From positions 8,534-72,533 of the forward strand of contig JAFGHI010000047.1 of assembly GCA_016930235.1 (NCBI GenBank): 64,000 nt of DNA, in the 5' to 3' direction. A program made the translations under genes and the position numbers. This document shows positions 38,532 through 51,400 of this stretch, in pieces (positions within the stretch are counted from its first letter, which is position 1; every line of letters starts with the position of its first letter). This stretch comes from Candidatus Omnitrophota bacterium (GTDB lineage Bacteria > Omnitrophota > Omnitrophia > Omnitrophales > Aquincolibacteriaceae). The notes beneath the pieces are model-generated. The model was not told where the DNA came from. It worked only from the letters and a program-made list of their open reading frames with translations, and searched no databases.

Positions 38532-39104
38532 TTAGCTCTTTTTGAATGGAAAACCCAACAGCTCCAGGAGCCTTTTTGCTTCTTCATTGGTCTTCGCATT
38601 CGTTACAATCGTAATATCCATTCCCTTGATTTTTTTGACTTCATCATACTTAATCTCAGGAAAAATCGTTTGCTCCTGAATCCCAAGCGAATAATTCCCT
38701 CGACCGTCAAAACTATTGTCAGAATAACCGCGAAAATCCCTAATTCGGGGCATAGCAATATTAAAAAGACGGTCTAAAAACTCATACATTCGCATACCTC
38801 GCAAAGTGACTTTTAATCCAATGGGAGACCCTTGCCTTAATTTGAAAGCTGAAATAGATTTCTTTGCCCGAATCGTAATCGGTTTTTGTCCCGTAATAGC
38901 TCCCAGTTCATCACTAAAACGCTCGAGCAACTTGATATCTTCCTGCCCTTCCTTAGCTCCAATATTGATAATAACTTTCTCTATTTTCGGTACCTGCATA
39001 AAATTCTTATATTGAAACTCACTCATGAGAGTTTTTTTAATCTCTTTGTGATATTTGTCTTGTAGGCGCGGCGCGGTTATTGTCTGTGTCGCCATCTTAT
39101 TCAC
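38532..39104 (-). CDS. rplE: 50S ribosomal protein L5
   Basis: 190 aa. Confidence 0.9.
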   Translation of the reverse strand: MNKMATQTITAPRLQDKYHKEIKKTLMSEFQYKNFMQVPKIEKVIINIGAKEGQEDIKLLERFSDELGAITGQKPITIRAKKSISAFKLRQGSPIGLKVTLRGMRMYEFLDRLFNIAMPRIRDFRGYSDNSFDGRGNYSLGIQEQTIFPEIKYDEVKKIKGMDITIVTNAKTNEEAKRLLELLGFPFKKS

Positions 39105-39417
39105 CTATAATTTCTCCGGATTTTTTGGCAATCCGATGCCGCGTTCCATCCGCAAGAATGCTTCTCCCTACACGCGTTGGTTTCGCAGACCGAGGATCAA
39201 TCAGCATAACATTGGATGAATTAATTTTCCCCTCCACCTTAGCAATTCCCCCTTGAGGATTTTGCTGGCTTCGGCGAAGATAAACTGTCCGATAATTAAT
39301 CTTCTCGATCAGAACTTCGTTTGATTTCGGGTACACTTTCATCACGCGACCTCTTTTCCCACGGTCTTTACCCGAAATAACCACAACTTGGTCGCCTTTT
39401 TTAATCCGCATTTTCAC
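39097..39417 (-). CDS. rplX: 50S ribosomal protein L24
   Basis: 106 aa. KOW motif [25 protein letters not shown]. Confidence 0.9.
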   Translation of the reverse strand: MKMRIKKGDQVVVISGKDRGKRGRVMKVYPKSNEVLIEKINYRTVYLRRSQQNPQGGIAKVEGKINSSNVMLIDPRSAKPTRVGRSILADGTRHRIAKKSGEIIGE

Positions 39418-39418
39418 G

Positions 39419-39787
39419 TTAAACCACCTCAGGTGCTAATGAAAGAATCTTAATAAATGCCTTGTCCCGCAGTTCCCTGGCAACGGGCCCGAAAATTCGC
39501 GTCCCTCGAGGGTTCTTCTGGTTATCAATCAAAACAATAGCATTGGAAGAGAACTTCACCATCGAGCCATCTTTCCTACGAATGGGAGAGCGGGTCCTTA
39601 CAACCACCGCTTTAACAACGTCGCCCTTTTTGACTCCACCTTCAGGAATTGCCTCCTTGATCGAAGCCGTAACAATATCGCCGACCTCAGCAATGCGTTT
39701 CCCGTGTCGCCCAAGCACACCAATAACAGCCGCTCTTTTGGCGCCACTATTATCCGCTATCTCCATAATACTGCGCATCTGAATCAT
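39419..39787 (-). CDS. rplN: 50S ribosomal protein L14
   Basis: Start at [17 protein letters not shown] (ATG 39787, forming ATGA with the rpsQ stop). The ORF-track start is 9 codons upstream. Confidence 0.9.
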   Translation of the reverse strand: MIQMRSIMEIADNSGAKRAAVIGVLGRHGKRIAEVGDIVTASIKEAIPEGGVKKGDVVKAVVVRTRSPIRRKDGSMVKFSSNAIVLIDNQKNPRGTRIFGPVARELRDKAFIKILSLAPEVV

Positions 39788-40044
39788 TTCGTTAGCACCT
39801 TCACTAACCTCCATCTTTTTGTCTTTGACAGAGGTCTTGTTTCGACAATTTGAACTTTATCTCCCAGCTTGGCTTCATTTTTTTCGTCATGCACCGCATA
39901 TTTGATCTTTCGACGAATCACTTTCTTAAACTGGGGGTGCTGCATAAGTCGAGTTACTTCTACAGAAATGGTCTTGTCACGTTTGTCGCTGACCACAAAC
40001 CCTTCTCGCGTGCGACCTTTTCGGACTGCAGTTTCTGTGTTCAC
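39784..40044 (-). CDS. rpsQ: 30S ribosomal protein S17
   Basis: 86 aa. Confidence 0.9.
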   Translation of the reverse strand: MNTETAVRKGRTREGFVVSDKRDKTISVEVTRLMQHPQFKKVIRRKIKYAVHDEKNEAKLGDKVQIVETRPLSKTKRWRLVKVLTK

Positions 40045-40250
40045 TTTTTAACCTCATCTGTTTGATATTTTTCATTCATCACTGTTAGTATCCGAGCAAT
40101 GTCCTTGCGCGTTTCACGAAGTGCCGATTGACGCTCTAATTTTCCAGTTTTCTGCTGAAACCGGAACTGCATCAAATCTTTTTTCATTTTATCCGCTTTG
40201 TCTTTAAGCTCATCGACACTTAAGTGACGAAGTTCTTCGATCTTTAGCAT
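40041..40250 (-). CDS. rpmC: 50S ribosomal protein L29
   Basis: 69 aa. Confidence 0.85.
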   Translation of the reverse strand: MLKIEELRHLSVDELKDKADKMKKDLMQFRFQQKTGKLERQSALRETRKDIARILTVMNEKYQTDEVKK

Positions 40251-40255
40251 ATTCT

Positions 40256-40672
40256 TTAAGCTCCAACCCGCTTGACAAACTTTGTTCGGAAAGGCAACTT
40301 ATGCGAACAAAGTCTCATCGCTGATTTTGCCATAATTTCTGGAATTCCACCCATTTCAAAAATGATTCTTCCCGGCTTTACAACAGCTACATAATACTCC
40401 GGCGCACCTTTGCCTTTCCCCATACGGGTTTCAGCGGGCTTCTTGCTATACGCCTTATCCGGAAAAATTCTAAGCCAAATTTTTCCTCCGCGCTTAACGT
40501 GACGAGTTAAAGCAACGCGGGCAGCTTCCAATTGAATAGCTGTGAGCCATCCACAATCGAGCGATTTTAACCCATAATCCCCGAAGGCGAGTTCATTCCC
40601 TCGCGTTGCAACTCCGCTCATCCAACCGCGGTGCTGCTTCCTAAATTTGACTCTTTTTGGCATCATCGGCAT
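40256..40672 (-). CDS. rplP: 50S ribosomal protein L16
   Basis: 138 aa. [13 protein letters not shown]. Confidence 0.9.
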   Translation of the reverse strand: MPMMPKRVKFRKQHRGWMSGVATRGNELAFGDYGLKSLDCGWLTAIQLEAARVALTRHVKRGGKIWLRIFPDKAYSKKPAETRMGKGKGAPEYYVAVVKPGRIIFEMGGIPEIMAKSAMRLCSHKLPFRTKFVKRVGA

Positions 40673-40696
40673 AACGTTATTCCCTTAATCCCATTC

Positions 40697-41593
40697 TTAT
40701 GAAACCGATCCTTCGCCCTGCTCGTTCTTTTCGCTTTCTTCTTCAGGTTTCACTTCTTGAACTTCAACAACCTTTTCGCTTTCTGTTTCTTCAGGTTTTA
40801 CTTCTTGAACTTCAACCGCCGTTTTTGTTTCTTCTTGGACTCCCGTTGTTTCTTGTTGAGCACTTCGGGTTTTCTTGCCTTTTTTCCCGCTATTTGCGGT
40901 CACTCCTTCGGCTTTATCTTTCTCTCTCTGTGCTTCTTCAAACTCGCGTTTCCTTTCAGCCTCGTGTTTCTTAACCAAAACATCCCCTTTATAAATCCAC
41001 ACTTTCACTCCGATTGTCCCGTAGGTCGTAAAAGCCGTCGCAAAACCATAATCAATGTCAGCGCGAAAAGTACTTAAGGGAACTTTTCCCTGATGGTATT
41101 TTTCTGTTCGCGCAATTTCTGCCCCGCCTAAACGGCCCTTGCATTTAATTTTAATTCCCAGCGCCCCTCGAGCCATAGCCATTTGCAGTGTTTTCTTCAT
41201 TGCGCGACGAAAGCCGATACGTTTCTCAAGCTGCATCGCAACGTTTTCGGCAACCAATTGAGCATCCGTTTGAGGTGATTTAACCTCCTTGATATCAACA
41301 AAAAGTTCGTTTTTTGTGAGGTCTGCAAGTTCCTCTTTGATTTTATCGATTTCCTGACCTCTTCGTCCGATAATAACTCCGGGTCTCGCCGTAAAAATAC
41401 GAACTCTCACACGGCCACTCGAACGCTCGATTTCAATATTCGAAATCCCTGCATAAGCCAATTTTTCCTTTAGGTAATCTCTGATTTTCAAGTCTTCGTG
41501 TAAATATTCATACATCTTGTTTGAAAACCATCGAGCCTTCCATGGCTTGATATATCCTAATCTTAATCCGTATGGATGCGCTTTTTGTCCCAA
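40697..41593 (-). CDS. rpsC: 30S ribosomal protein S3 with a ~90-aa repetitive acidic C-terminal extension
   Basis: 298 aa. KH and S3-C domains, then a ([10 protein letters not shown]...) x2 repeat tail. Confidence 0.9.
   Translation of the reverse strand: MGQKAHPYGLRLGYIKPWKARWFSNKMYEYLHEDLKIRDYLKEKLAYAGISNIEIERSSGRVRVRIFTARPGVIIGRRGQEIDKIKEELADLTKNELFVDIKEVKSPQTDAQLVAENVAMQLEKRIGFRRAMKKTLQMAMARGALGIKIKCKGRLGGAEIARTEKYHQGKVPLSTFRADIDYGFATAFTTYGTIGVKVWIYKGDVLVKKHEAERKREFEEAQREKDKAEGVTANSGKKGKKTRSAQQETTGVQEETKTAVEVQEVKPEETESEKVVEVQEVKPEEESEKNEQGEGSVS
40741..40836. repeat. Direct tandem repeat, 2 x 48 bp, inside the rpsC 3' end; it encodes the 16-aa [10 protein letters not shown](T/E)SEK.. repeat
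   Basis: Unit cttcaggttt(c/t)acttcttgaacttcaac... starts at 40741 and again at 40789, with a few substitutions. Confidence 0.7.
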
Positions 41594-41606
41594 GGCTTCC
41601 TCCTAA

Positions 41607-42098
41607 TTATGCGCCGGACCCAGCGGCTGCTTTTTTTCTTGTCCCGTATTTTGGCTTTACCGCTTTTGGGGGTTTCTCGCGTTTTTCGTTTACATTAGGC
41701 AAATCAGGTTCTCCCTTTTTTTGCCCCTCTTTAAGTTCGATGGTCAGATGAGTCGACCTCTTTAAAATCCTGTCTGCACGCCCCATCGAACGAGACATGA
41801 AACGTTTCATTGTAGGTCCGCCATCAGCAAATATTTTAGAAACATAAAGACGCTTTTCATCCATGCCCAAGACCTTGGCATTCGCCATTGCACTTCGAAG
41901 ATGCTTCTCTGCCATCCTGGCTGCTTTCCTCTTCGCAGAATACAAAATATGAAGGGCTTGATTCACCGGTTTATGGCGAATTTCATTAATCACAACTCTC
42001 ACCTTACGCGGTGAAATTTTAAGGTACCGCGCAATAGCCCTAGCCGTTAACGAAGTCGCAACACTAGCATCCTGTGATTTCGATTTTTCTTTTTTCAT
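41607..42098 (-). CDS. rplV: 50S ribosomal protein L22 with a ~45-aa basic C-terminal extension
   Basis: 163 aa. Confidence 0.9.
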   Translation of the reverse strand: MKKEKSKSQDASVATSLTARAIARYLKISPRKVRVVINEIRHKPVNQALHILYSAKRKAARMAEKHLRSAMANAKVLGMDEKRLYVSKIFADGGPTMKRFMSRSMGRADRILKRSTHLTIELKEGQKKGEPDLPNVNEKREKPPKAVKPKYGTRKKAAAGSGA

Positions 42099-42107
42099 CT
42101 TTCTGCC

Positions 42108-42407
42108 TTACGTCTTAGCTCCCACGGCCATAGCCTTCGCTTTATCTTGAGCAGCGCTATGTTTTCTAAATATTCTTGTAGGCGAAAACTCTCCTAAGTG
42201 ATGTCCAACCAGATCTTCCGTCACAAAAACATTATTGAACGTTTTGCCATTGTGAACGGCAAACGTTAACCCCACAAACTCTGGCGTAATTGTTGAACGC
42301 CTAGACCACGTTTTAATGGGCCTCCGGTCTCTTTTTTCTTGAGCCGTTTTCGCTTTTTTTAACAATTTTTCGTCGACAAAAACACCTTTTTTGGCAGACC
42401 TGCTCAT
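42108..42407 (-). CDS. rpsS: 30S ribosomal protein S19
   Basis: 99 aa. Confidence 0.9.
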   Translation of the reverse strand: MSRSAKKGVFVDEKLLKKAKTAQEKRDRRPIKTWSRRSTITPEFVGLTFAVHNGKTFNNVFVTEDLVGHHLGEFSPTRIFRKHSAAQDKAKAMAVGAKT

Positions 42408-43231
42408 TTTCTTCTATCCTTTACAATATAACGATTTGTACTTTTATTAAGTTTTCTTGTTTTTAACCCTTTTGACTTTTGGCCCCACGGACTTTGCGGA
42501 TGATTCCCTCCCTTGGACTTACCCTCTCCACCACCGAGAGGATGGTCCACCGGGTTCTGTGCTACTCCCCTTGTGATTGGCCTAATACCCAGCCATCGGC
42601 TACGCCCCGCCTTGCCCAAAATAAGATTTTCATGTTCGATATTGGAACATTGACCTACCGTTGCGTAACCTCTTAAATCAATCATCCTCACTTCTCCAGA
42701 AGGCAGCTTAATATGAGCAAATTTATCTTCCTTAGAAAGAATTTGTGCAACTCCACCCGCAGAGCGAACAAGCTTTCCTCCCAAACCAGGTTGCAACTCG
42801 ATATTATGAATGGGGGTCCCCTCCGGGATAACCTTTAAAGGTATATGGTTCCCAACTTTAACCTCTGCACTTTCACCACTCATCACAGTTTCACCTGTCC
42901 TTAATCCATCAGGACATAAAATATAATTCTTCGTTCCATCTTCGTATCGTATCAAAGCAATCCTCGCGCTACGGTTGGGATCATATTCGACAGTAAGTAC
43001 CATTGCAGGCATGTTGTAACGATTTCGCCTAAAATCAACAAGCCTAATGCGCCTTTTATGACCGCCTCCGCGTCCTCTACTGGTCACACGACCGTGGTTG
43101 TTGCGTCCAGCCGTCCGCTTACGTATTACCGTCAATGGTTTATAAGGTTTGTCAGCGGTAATTTCGACAAAATCCGCAACATTTCCAAAACGCCTTGTCG
43201 GTGTTGTCGGTTTGAATTTGATTAATCCCAT
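42404..43231 (-). CDS. rplB: 50S ribosomal protein L2
   Basis: 275 aa. [14 protein letters not shown]. Confidence 0.95.
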   Translation of the reverse strand: MGLIKFKPTTPTRRFGNVADFVEITADKPYKPLTVIRKRTAGRNNHGRVTSRGRGGGHKRRIRLVDFRRNRYNMPAMVLTVEYDPNRSARIALIRYEDGTKNYILCPDGLRTGETVMSGESAEVKVGNHIPLKVIPEGTPIHNIELQPGLGGKLVRSAGGVAQILSKEDKFAHIKLPSGEVRMIDLRGYATVGQCSNIEHENLILGKAGRSRWLGIRPITRGVAQNPVDHPLGGGEGKSKGGNHPQSPWGQKSKGLKTRKLNKSTNRYIVKDRRK

Positions 43232-43242
43232 TATCTTAGCCC

Positions 43243-43530
43243 CTAACTTGTGATATCAATCTTTTCACCCTTTTTGATTGTGACTAAGGCTTTCTTCCAA
43301 TCCGCTGTTTTCCCAGGTTGCCACCGAACACGCCGCCATTTCCCACCTTGATTCAGGGTATTAACCTTCGTAACGTGGACGTTAAATATTTTTTCGACTG
43401 CAGCCTTAATTTGCTTTTTATTCGCTTTAGGGTGAACAGAAAAAGCGTATTTCCCGTCTTTCGCAGATTCCCGTGTAATCTTTTCTGTGATCACGGGTTC
43501 TTGAATAACATCATAAAGACTTAACTTCAT
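43243..43530 (-). CDS. rplW: 50S ribosomal protein L23
   Basis: 95 aa. Confidence 0.9.
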   Translation of the reverse strand: MKLSLYDVIQEPVITEKITRESAKDGKYAFSVHPKANKKQIKAAVEKIFNVHVTKVNTLNQGGKWRRVRWQPGKTADWKKALVTIKKGEKIDITS

Positions 43531-43536
43531 AATCCC

Positions 43537-44172
43537 TTATTTCCCCTTGGCTAAACGGTTATCGATTTCAGAAATGGCGTCTTGCTCAATCACAATTTTT
43601 TCGTGGTGCAAAACATGATAAGCATTCAAATCCGAAACTTTTTGTACTTTAGCAATCCGTTGCATATTCTGACTTGCACGCCTTAAGTTGGGCTCAATAT
43701 CCTTCGCAACATACAAGAAACGCTTACCCTGAATCGGTAAAGCCTTTACAACATCCGCCCATTCTCTTGTCTTTGGTGTTTCCAATTTTACGCTTTCAAT
43801 CAAAAAAAGATTCTTCTGTTCACCTCGAAGACTTAGGGCTGATATCAGAGCCTCTTTCTTCATGGATTGTGGTAAATTAACCACATAACTTCTTGGATGC
43901 GGTCCAAAGACAACCCCGCCACCTTTCCATATTGGTGAACGGATCGAGCTATGTCTGGCTCTTCCTGTCCCCTTTTGTCTCCAGGGTTTCCGCCCGCCAC
44001 CACGCACTTCTTTTCTAGTCTTCGTTGAAGCGGTGCCTCGTCTAAGGTTCGCAGCATAGGCAGCTTGAACCAATTCCAAAAGCCGGTGATTAACCCGGTT
44101 GGCATAAATCTCGGGATTCAGAACAATCTCTCCCTTTTTCTTACCTTCTCTTGTATAAAGCGGTGCTTTCAT
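43537..44172 (-). CDS. rplD: 50S ribosomal protein L4
   Basis: 211 aa. Confidence 0.9.
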   Translation of the reverse strand: MKAPLYTREGKKKGEIVLNPEIYANRVNHRLLELVQAAYAANLRRGTASTKTRKEVRGGGRKPWRQKGTGRARHSSIRSPIWKGGGVVFGPHPRSYVVNLPQSMKKEALISALSLRGEQKNLFLIESVKLETPKTREWADVVKALPIQGKRFLYVAKDIEPNLRRASQNMQRIAKVQKVSDLNAYHVLHHEKIVIEQDAISEIDNRLAKGK

Positions 44173-44258
44173 CCCTTCATTTCCTTTATCATCCTGCCAT
44201 TATTTCTGACAAAACTTATCTCGTTCTTGCAGCTATCTTTTGCTGCGCCTTGTTTTCC

Positions 44259-45017
44259 CTACGATTTTGTTTCTTCGGGATTTTGGTCCTCCGCTTCGGC
44301 CTTCGTTTCTTTCGCTTCTCCAGCTTTAGCCGATTCCCCAGAAGAACCTTGAGAAGAACTTGGGACTTTCCACTTGCGGGATTTATCACCCCTCTTAAGA
44401 GCCATGCGGATAATTAGAAATGCCCCTTCCGTCCCCGGGACAGCTCCTTTAATCGCCATGAGATTCTGTTCTTCATCAACCTTCAAAACTTTCAGATTTT
44501 GCACAGTTACCTTTTCGTTCCCCATATGTCCGGCCGCTCGCATTCCTTTTAAAACACGAGATGGAAAAGACGATTGTCCGATCGAGCCGGGAACGCGCCC
44601 ATGCATCGAACCATGACTTTTACTTGCGCTTCCTTTAAAATGATGCCGCTTCACAACACCTTGGAACCCTTTCCCGATCGAGGTCCCTTCCACATCAACA
44701 TAATCTCCCGTTTGAAAGTTCGAGACTTTAAGTTGGTGGCCAATTTCCAAGCCTTCGACTTGTTCGGTTCTAATCTCATGAATGAACCGGATATTGGGGG
44801 ATTTCACCTTTTTCAAATATTCCCTTACCGGTTTAGTTAAGGTTTTTTCTTTAGTATCGCCAAAACCCATTTGAACAGCTGTGTAGCCATGTTCTCCCTT
44901 TGTCCGTAGAGCCGTCACATAACACGGGCCCACTTCAACCACTGTTACGGGAACCTGCTTCCCATCCTCTTCAAAAACTTGTGACATTCCTAATTTTCTT
45001 CCCAATAAACCGATCAT
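44259..45017 (-). CDS. rplC: 50S ribosomal protein L3 with a ~40-aa acidic C-terminal extension
   Basis: 252 aa. MIGLLGRKLGMSQVF. Confidence 0.9.
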   Translation of the reverse strand: MIGLLGRKLGMSQVFEEDGKQVPVTVVEVGPCYVTALRTKGEHGYTAVQMGFGDTKEKTLTKPVREYLKKVKSPNIRFIHEIRTEQVEGLEIGHQLKVSNFQTGDYVDVEGTSIGKGFQGVVKRHHFKGSASKSHGSMHGRVPGSIGQSSFPSRVLKGMRAAGHMGNEKVTVQNLKVLKVDEEQNLMAIKGAVPGTEGAFLIIRMALKRGDKSRKWKVPSSSQGSSGESAKAGEAKETKAEAEDQNPEETKS

Positions 45018-45093
45018 TTCATTTCACCTTGGTATAAAAAAACTAAAGTCTATAGAAAATCTCAACTCATACAATCTTTATTTTCAACACTCG

Positions 45094-45405
45094 TTAAAGC
45101 TTAATTTCAACATCCACGCCAGCTGGCAGATCTAATTTCATCAATGCATCCACCGTCCTAGAAGTCGGCTCTTGGATATCAATCAGCCTTTTATGAGTTC
45201 GCATTTCGAACTGATCACGGGCCTTTTTATCAATGGTCGGACCTCGTAACACCGTCGTCTTCCAAATATGGGTTGGAAGAGGAATTGGTCCTATCACTTG
45301 CGAACCCGTTCTTTTCGCAGTCGCGACAATCTCTTGAACCGATTGATCAAGAATCCTGTGATCATAAGCCCTCAATTTAATCCGAATCTTTTCTTTCGTT
45401 GCCAT
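45094..45405 (-). CDS. rpsJ: 30S ribosomal protein S10
   Basis: 103 aa. [17 protein letters not shown]. Confidence 0.95.
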   Translation of the reverse strand: MATKEKIRIKLRAYDHRILDQSVQEIVATAKRTGSQVIGPIPLPTHIWKTTVLRGPTIDKKARDQFEMRTHKRLIDIQEPTSRTVDALMKLDLPAGVDVEIKL

Positions 45406-45424
45406 AATCCCTACCTATCTCCGC

Positions 45425-47527
45425 TTAAGACTTCCCAACCGCTTGATCCCCGATGACCTTCTCAGCGATCTGTTTCGGCACCTCTGCATAGCTATGAGGC
45501 TCCATCGAATAGTTTGCTCTTCCCTGCGACAATGAACGAACGGCCGTTGCATAACCGAACATTTCTGCAAGCGGCACTAGACCACGAATGACTTTTAAAT
45601 GCCCCCTATTTTCCATCGTTTGAATAATACAACGACGGGAATTCAAATCTCCGATCACATCTCCCATATATTCCTCAGGAACCACAACTTCTATTAACAT
45701 AATCGGTTCCAATAAGGTGGGTTTAGCCCTTCGAAAGGCTTCCTTGAAACCAAGAATCCCTGCCATTTTAAATGCAATCTCTGACGAGTCGACGTCATGA
45801 AAACTTCCATCATAAACTATTGTTTTGACATCCGTTACAGGATATCCCGCTAAAACACCATTCATACAAGCTTCATTAACACCATCTTCAACTGCGGGAA
45901 CATATTCTCGGGGAATCGCACCCCCCACAATTTCATTCACAAACTCATGCCCTTTACCTCTTTCAAGAGGTTCTATCTTTAAGTAACAATGCCCGTATTG
46001 TCCACGTCCACCAGTTTGTTTAATAAATTTTCCTTCACCTTCTGCTTTAACTGTAATGGTTTCCTTATAAGCTACCTGTGGTTTCCCCACGTTGACTTGA
46101 ACATTATGCTCACGCCGCATAATATCAATTTTAATGTCAAGATGAAGTTCTCCCATCCCACCGATGAGTGTCTGAACCGTCTCTTGGTCAGTTCTCACAT
46201 TAAAAGTTGGGTCTTCTGCCATCAACCGCTGCAATGAATCAGACATCTTATCGCGATCAGCTTTGGTTTTAGGTTCAACCGCCATCCAAATAACCGGCTC
46301 TGGAACAAAAAGTGATTCCAAAACAATTGGGTGATTCTCATCACAAATAGAATCTCCCGTCTTCACATCCTTTAAACCTACGGCTGCAACAATATTCCCT
46401 GCGCCCGCTTCACTAATTTCTTCCCGTTTATTTGCATGCATGAGAAGTAAACGACCAATGCGCTCATTCTTCTGAGTTCTTGGGTTGTAGACATAAGAAC
46501 TCGAAGACAACACACCAGAATAAATACGTATAAAACACAAATTCCCGACAAATTTATCATTGGCAATCTTGAAAGCAAAACAAGTCAAAGGCTCCTCTTC
46601 CGTTGGATGTCTCTCAATTTCTGTATCATGCTCTGGGTTGATTCCCTTAATGGGAGGCAGTTCATTTGGGCACGGCAAATAATCGACAACAGCATCCAAA
46701 AGCTGCTGGACACCTTTATTCTTTAAAGCCGACCCTACAATCACCGGCGTAATCTTAATCGCAATGGTGCCTTTTCGAATAGCCCTCTTTACTTCTTCAA
46801 TTGTTAACGGTTGCCCTTCGATATATTTGTGCATAGCGTCGTCATCATACTCAGCCACTTTTTCAATCATGAACTCGCGTAACTTTTTCGCCTGCTCCTT
46901 ATATTCATCGGGAATTTCAACCGTTTCAAATTTTGCTCCTAAGCTCTCATCATCAAAGATGTAAGCCTTCATCTCGACGAGATCGATAACACCCTTGAAA
47001 TTCTCCTCGCGCCCTATCGGAATCTGAATCGCAACCGGATGAGCCCCTAACTGATCAATCATCTGCTGAATATTTCTTTCAAACTCTGCACCTGTACGAT
47101 CCATTTTATTAATAAATGCAATCCTCGGGACATGATATCTATCAGCCTGCCGCCAAACTGTTTCTGATTGAGGCTCAACCCCTTCAACCGCACCGAAGAC
47201 TGCAACGCAACCATCTAAAACACGAAGTGATCTTTCAACTTCGATCGTAAAATCAACATGCCCAGGCGTATCAATAATATTAATCCGGCAATCTTTCCAA
47301 AAACACGTCGTTGCCGCAGAAGTAATGGTAATTCCCCGCTCCTGCTCCTGCTCCATCCAGTCCATAACTGCTGTTCCATCATGGACTTCCCCAATCTTGT
47401 AAGTGCGCCCTGTATAGTAAAGAATACGTTCCGTCGTGGTTGTTTTCCCCGCATCGATGTGGGCAGCTATTCCGATGTTTCTAATTCTTTCCACAGGATA
47501 ATGTATTTTTTCTTTATCTTCCGCCAT
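45425..47527 (-). CDS. fusA: Elongation factor G
   Basis: 700 aa. G-domain motifs AHIDAGKTT and DTPGHVDF. Confidence 0.95.
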   Translation of the reverse strand: MAEDKEKIHYPVERIRNIGIAAHIDAGKTTTTERILYYTGRTYKIGEVHDGTAVMDWMEQEQERGITITSAATTCFWKDCRINIIDTPGHVDFTIEVERSLRVLDGCVAVFGAVEGVEPQSETVWRQADRYHVPRIAFINKMDRTGAEFERNIQQMIDQLGAHPVAIQIPIGREENFKGVIDLVEMKAYIFDDESLGAKFETVEIPDEYKEQAKKLREFMIEKVAEYDDDAMHKYIEGQPLTIEEVKRAIRKGTIAIKITPVIVGSALKNKGVQQLLDAVVDYLPCPNELPPIKGINPEHDTEIERHPTEEEPLTCFAFKIANDKFVGNLCFIRIYSGVLSSSSYVYNPRTQKNERIGRLLLMHANKREEISEAGAGNIVAAVGLKDVKTGDSICDENHPIVLESLFVPEPVIWMAVEPKTKADRDKMSDSLQRLMAEDPTFNVRTDQETVQTLIGGMGELHLDIKIDIMRREHNVQVNVGKPQVAYKETITVKAEGEGKFIKQTGGRGQYGHCYLKIEPLERGKGHEFVNEIVGGAIPREYVPAVEDGVNEACMNGVLAGYPVTDVKTIVYDGSFHDVDSSEIAFKMAGILGFKEAFRRAKPTLLEPIMLIEVVVPEEYMGDVIGDLNSRRCIIQTMENRGHLKVIRGLVPLAEMFGYATAVRSLSQGRANYSMEPHSYAEVPKQIAEKVIGDQAVGKS

Positions 47528-47566
47528 AAACCTTTCCCCTATATTCCTTCTTCTTGTTTTCCTTCT

Positions 47567-48034
47567 TTACCACCGATAATGCGCAAAAGCACGGTTCGAC
47601 TCTGCCATCTTATGAGTATCTTCCCTTTTTTTATAAGTAGCGCCTGTTTTGTTATAGGCATCCAAAAGTTCCGTTGCTAATTTTTCACGCATCGGTTTAC
47701 CTTTGCGCTGCTTAGAATAAGTCTTCAGCCATCTAAGTGCTAAGGTATTGCCCCGATCTGGTCTTACGTTGATAGGAACCTGGTAAGTCGCACCCCCTAC
47801 CCTTCTGGACTTTGTTTCCAGAAGCGGTCGGACATTATCAATAGCTTTCTTAAAAACATCCAAAGGCTCTTTCCCCGTTTTCTCCTTTAAAATATCTAAC
47901 GACCCGTAAACAATTCTTTGTGCCAATGATTTTTTTCCCCGTTCCATAACGATATTGATTAGTTTTGCTACCAAAGCATCGCCGTAAATTGGATCCGGCG
48001 GGCTATATCTTTTTTTCGCTCTTCGACGTCTCAT
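47567..48034 (-). CDS. rpsG: 30S ribosomal protein S7
   Basis: 155 aa. Confidence 0.95.
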   Translation of the reverse strand: MRRRRAKKRYSPPDPIYGDALVAKLINIVMERGKKSLAQRIVYGSLDILKEKTGKEPLDVFKKAIDNVRPLLETKSRRVGGATYQVPINVRPDRGNTLALRWLKTYSKQRKGKPMREKLATELLDAYNKTGATYKKREDTHKMAESNRAFAHYRW

Positions 48035-48055
48035 CTTAATTCCTTTTTTCCCTTG

Positions 48056-48433
48056 CTATTTCTTAGGTACCTTGCTTCCATATTTCGAACGCGATTTTTT
48101 TCTGTCCTGCACACCGCCCGTATCAAGTTTCCCACGGACAATATGATAGCGGACGCCTGGTAAATCTTTTACACGACCCCCTCGGACTAATACAATGGAG
48201 TGCTCCTGTAAGTTATGACCGACTCCTGGGATATAAGCAGTCACTTCTTCGCCATTAGATAACCGAACACGGGCAATCTTTCTAAGTGCTGAGTTCGGCT
48301 TCTTCGGCGTTTGCGTTCTAACAATCATACAAACCCCGCGACGGAAAGGAGCGCCATGTAAAGCCGGAGACTTCGTTTTCCTTTTGAATTTCTGTCTTCC
48401 GTGACGAATTAACTGATTAATCGTTGGAGCCAT
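48056..48433 (-). CDS. rpsL: 30S ribosomal protein S12
   Basis: 125 aa. [14 protein letters not shown]. Its start forms TAATG with the rpoC stop. Confidence 0.95.
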   Translation of the reverse strand: MAPTINQLIRHGRQKFKRKTKSPALHGAPFRRGVCMIVRTQTPKKPNSALRKIARVRLSNGEEVTAYIPGVGHNLQEHSIVLVRGGRVKDLPGVRYHIVRGKLDTGGVQDRKKSRSKYGSKVPKK

Positions 48434-51400
48434 TATGCGTTCTCCGTTTTATTTGTCGCTTGCTCTTCTTCGCTATCTTTGGCAGCTTGATCACCATCCG
48501 GTAATATGTCCCCAACTGCCTTGACAAGCTCGATTCTCTGGTGATCATTAAAACCCGTCCCGGCAGGAATCAAATGTCCCATAATGACATTTTCTTTTAA
48601 GCCACGGAGATCATCGCGTTTTCCTGCTGAACTCGCTTCGGTAAGCACCCTTGTCGTTTCCTGAAAACTCGCCGCGGAGATAAAGCTGTCTGTTGTTAAC
48701 GAAGCTTTGGTAATCCCCAAGAGTATCGGGGTTGCCTTCGCTGGCTGTTTACTTTTTTTGACCATTTTGTCGTTCTCTTCCGAAAATCGTGATCTATCGA
48801 TGTGGGAACCCACAAGAAAATCGGTATCCCCGGGATCTTCAATACGCACTTTGCGAAGCATCTGTCGCACAATGACTTCTACATGCTTGTCATTAACACG
48901 AACGCCTTGTAACCGATAGACTTCTTGGACCTCACTTACTAAATACTCCTGCAAGCTTCTTTCTCCTGAAACCCTTAGAATATCCTGAGGTACAACGGGA
49001 CCATCAACCAACTGCTCGCCCGCAATAACTTTATCTCCTTTATAAACATTCAAATGCTTCCCGTGGGGGACCAAATATTCTTTAGTCATGCCACCTGTGC
49101 TCTTAACAATAATTTTCCTTTGTCCTTTAACAACTTCTCCGATTTCGACAATCCCGTCAATTTCCGCGATCACGGCCGGATTTTTTGGTTTACGCGCCTC
49201 AAAAAGCTCAGCCACACGTGGGAGGCCGCCCGTAATATCACGCGTTTTCGCAATTTTTCGCGGCGTTTTCGCAATGAGTGTTCCTGCGGTAACCTCATCA
49301 CCGTCTTTGACAACGATATGAGCCGCTGTGGGAATTGGGTAAAAAGCGATAATTTCATCGCTTTTCCCAGTTATCAAAAGTTGCGGATGAAGATCCTCGC
49401 GATGTTCCATAATCACTCGTTCGACCATTCCGGTTGTCGCATCCATTTCTTCATTCATGGTCACGCCAGCTTTGATATCTTCATAACGGACTTTCCCTGA
49501 CACTTCGGTTAAAATCGGAACTGTATAAGGATCCCATTTCACAAAGATCTCGTCTTTTTTGACTTCCTCTTCTTCTTTGTAACTTACAATGGCTCCGGTA
49601 GGGATGGTATAGCGTTCCAACTCACGGCCGGATGGACCGTGAATGGTTAATTGCCCGTTACGGTTCAAAACAACAATTTCCCCTGTTTTTGTTACAACCG
49701 TTTTTAAATTGTGGTAGCGAAGGCTTCCATTATTCCTTGCTCGAAAGTAAGATTGTTCTACAACACGAAAAGCCGTACCACCGATATGGAAAGTACGCAT
49801 CGTAAGCTGAGTCCCAGGCTCTCCGATAGACTGGGCCGCAATGACGCCCACAGCTGTCCCTAACTCAACCAATCGGCCGTGCGCCAAATCCACACCATAG
49901 CATTTAGCGCAAACACCTCGGCTTGCCTGACATGTTAGTACAGAACGAATTCGAATCTTTTCGATTCCCACTTCTTCTAACTTATCAGCAATGACTTCAT
50001 TAATGACATCTCCGCTTTTCACAATCAATTGATCCGTCACAACATCAACAACGTTATCAAGTGCCACACGGCCCATAATCCTGTCTTTTAATGAAACAAT
50101 AATTTCCTCACCCTCGTAGACAGGCTCCACAAAGATACCATTCAGGGTATTGCAATCATCTTCTGTAATGATCACGTCTTGCGCAACGTCCACAAGTCGC
50201 CGTGTAAGATATCCTGAATCAGCTGTCTTCAACGCCGTGTCGGCCAATCCTTTACGCGCACCGTGTGTCGAAATAAAGTATTCGAGTACTGTCAACCCTT
50301 CACGGAAATTTGCAGTAATTGGGCTCTCAATAATCTCACCCGAGGGTTTCGCCATCAAACCACGCATCCCTGCCAGCTGGCGGATTTGCTGTTTCGAACC
50401 GCGAGCTCCGGAATCAGCCATCATAAAAACAGGGTTAAACAGGGCTAGATTACTGAACATACTGTCAGAAACACGATCTGTAATATGCGTCCAGATATCG
50501 ATAACCTTGTTATAACGTTCCCCTTCTGTAATCAACCCGTTCTTATATTGCCCTTCAATCGTTTTAACTTGTTGGCGGGCCTCATCAAGAAGTTCTTCTT
50601 TATTGTCCGGAATTTGAATATCATCAATCCCGATTGAAATTCCCGCACTCGTTGCCTCTTCAAATCCTGCGGATTTCAAGCGATCTAATAATTGAATGAC
50701 TTCAGAATGCCCAAAGGATTGGTAGCAATCTGCAATAATTTTCGAAAGTTTTCCTTTTGTGATCAATTCATCCACAAAACGATACCCTTTGGGCAAGATC
50801 TCGTTAAAAAGAATTCGTCCCATCGTTGTATCAATAATCTTCCCGTCCTGGAGCCTAAGTTTAATCTTGGCATGCTTATGAACTTCATTATCCTGAAACG
50901 CCAAGATGGCTTCTTCGGTGCTGGCAAAAACAGTTCCTTCCCCTTTGGCTCCTTCTTTGGCTTTCGTCAAATAATAAACCCCTAATACAATATCCTGTGA
51001 CGGCGTCGCAATAGGTTGCCCACTGGCCGGAGAAAAAATATTGTTTGAAGATAACATCAAAACCCTGGCTTCCATTTGTGCTTCCATTGAAAGCGGAACG
51101 TGAACAGCCATTTGATCACCGTCAAAATCTGCATTAAAAGCTGTACAAACCAAGGGATGAATTCGAATAGCTTTCCCTTCAATAAGAACGGGTTCAAAAG
51201 CCTGAATCCCTAAACGGTGAAGGGTTGGTGCACGATTCAAGAGGACGGGATGTTCATTGATGACTTCTTCAAGAATGTCCCAAACCTCGGGCTTCACACG
51301 CTCCACCATCTTTTTGGCAGAACGAATCGTATGCACATGCCCTCGTTCTTTAAGCTTTCGAATAATGAACGGTTCAAAAAGTTCAAGCGCCATCTTCTTC

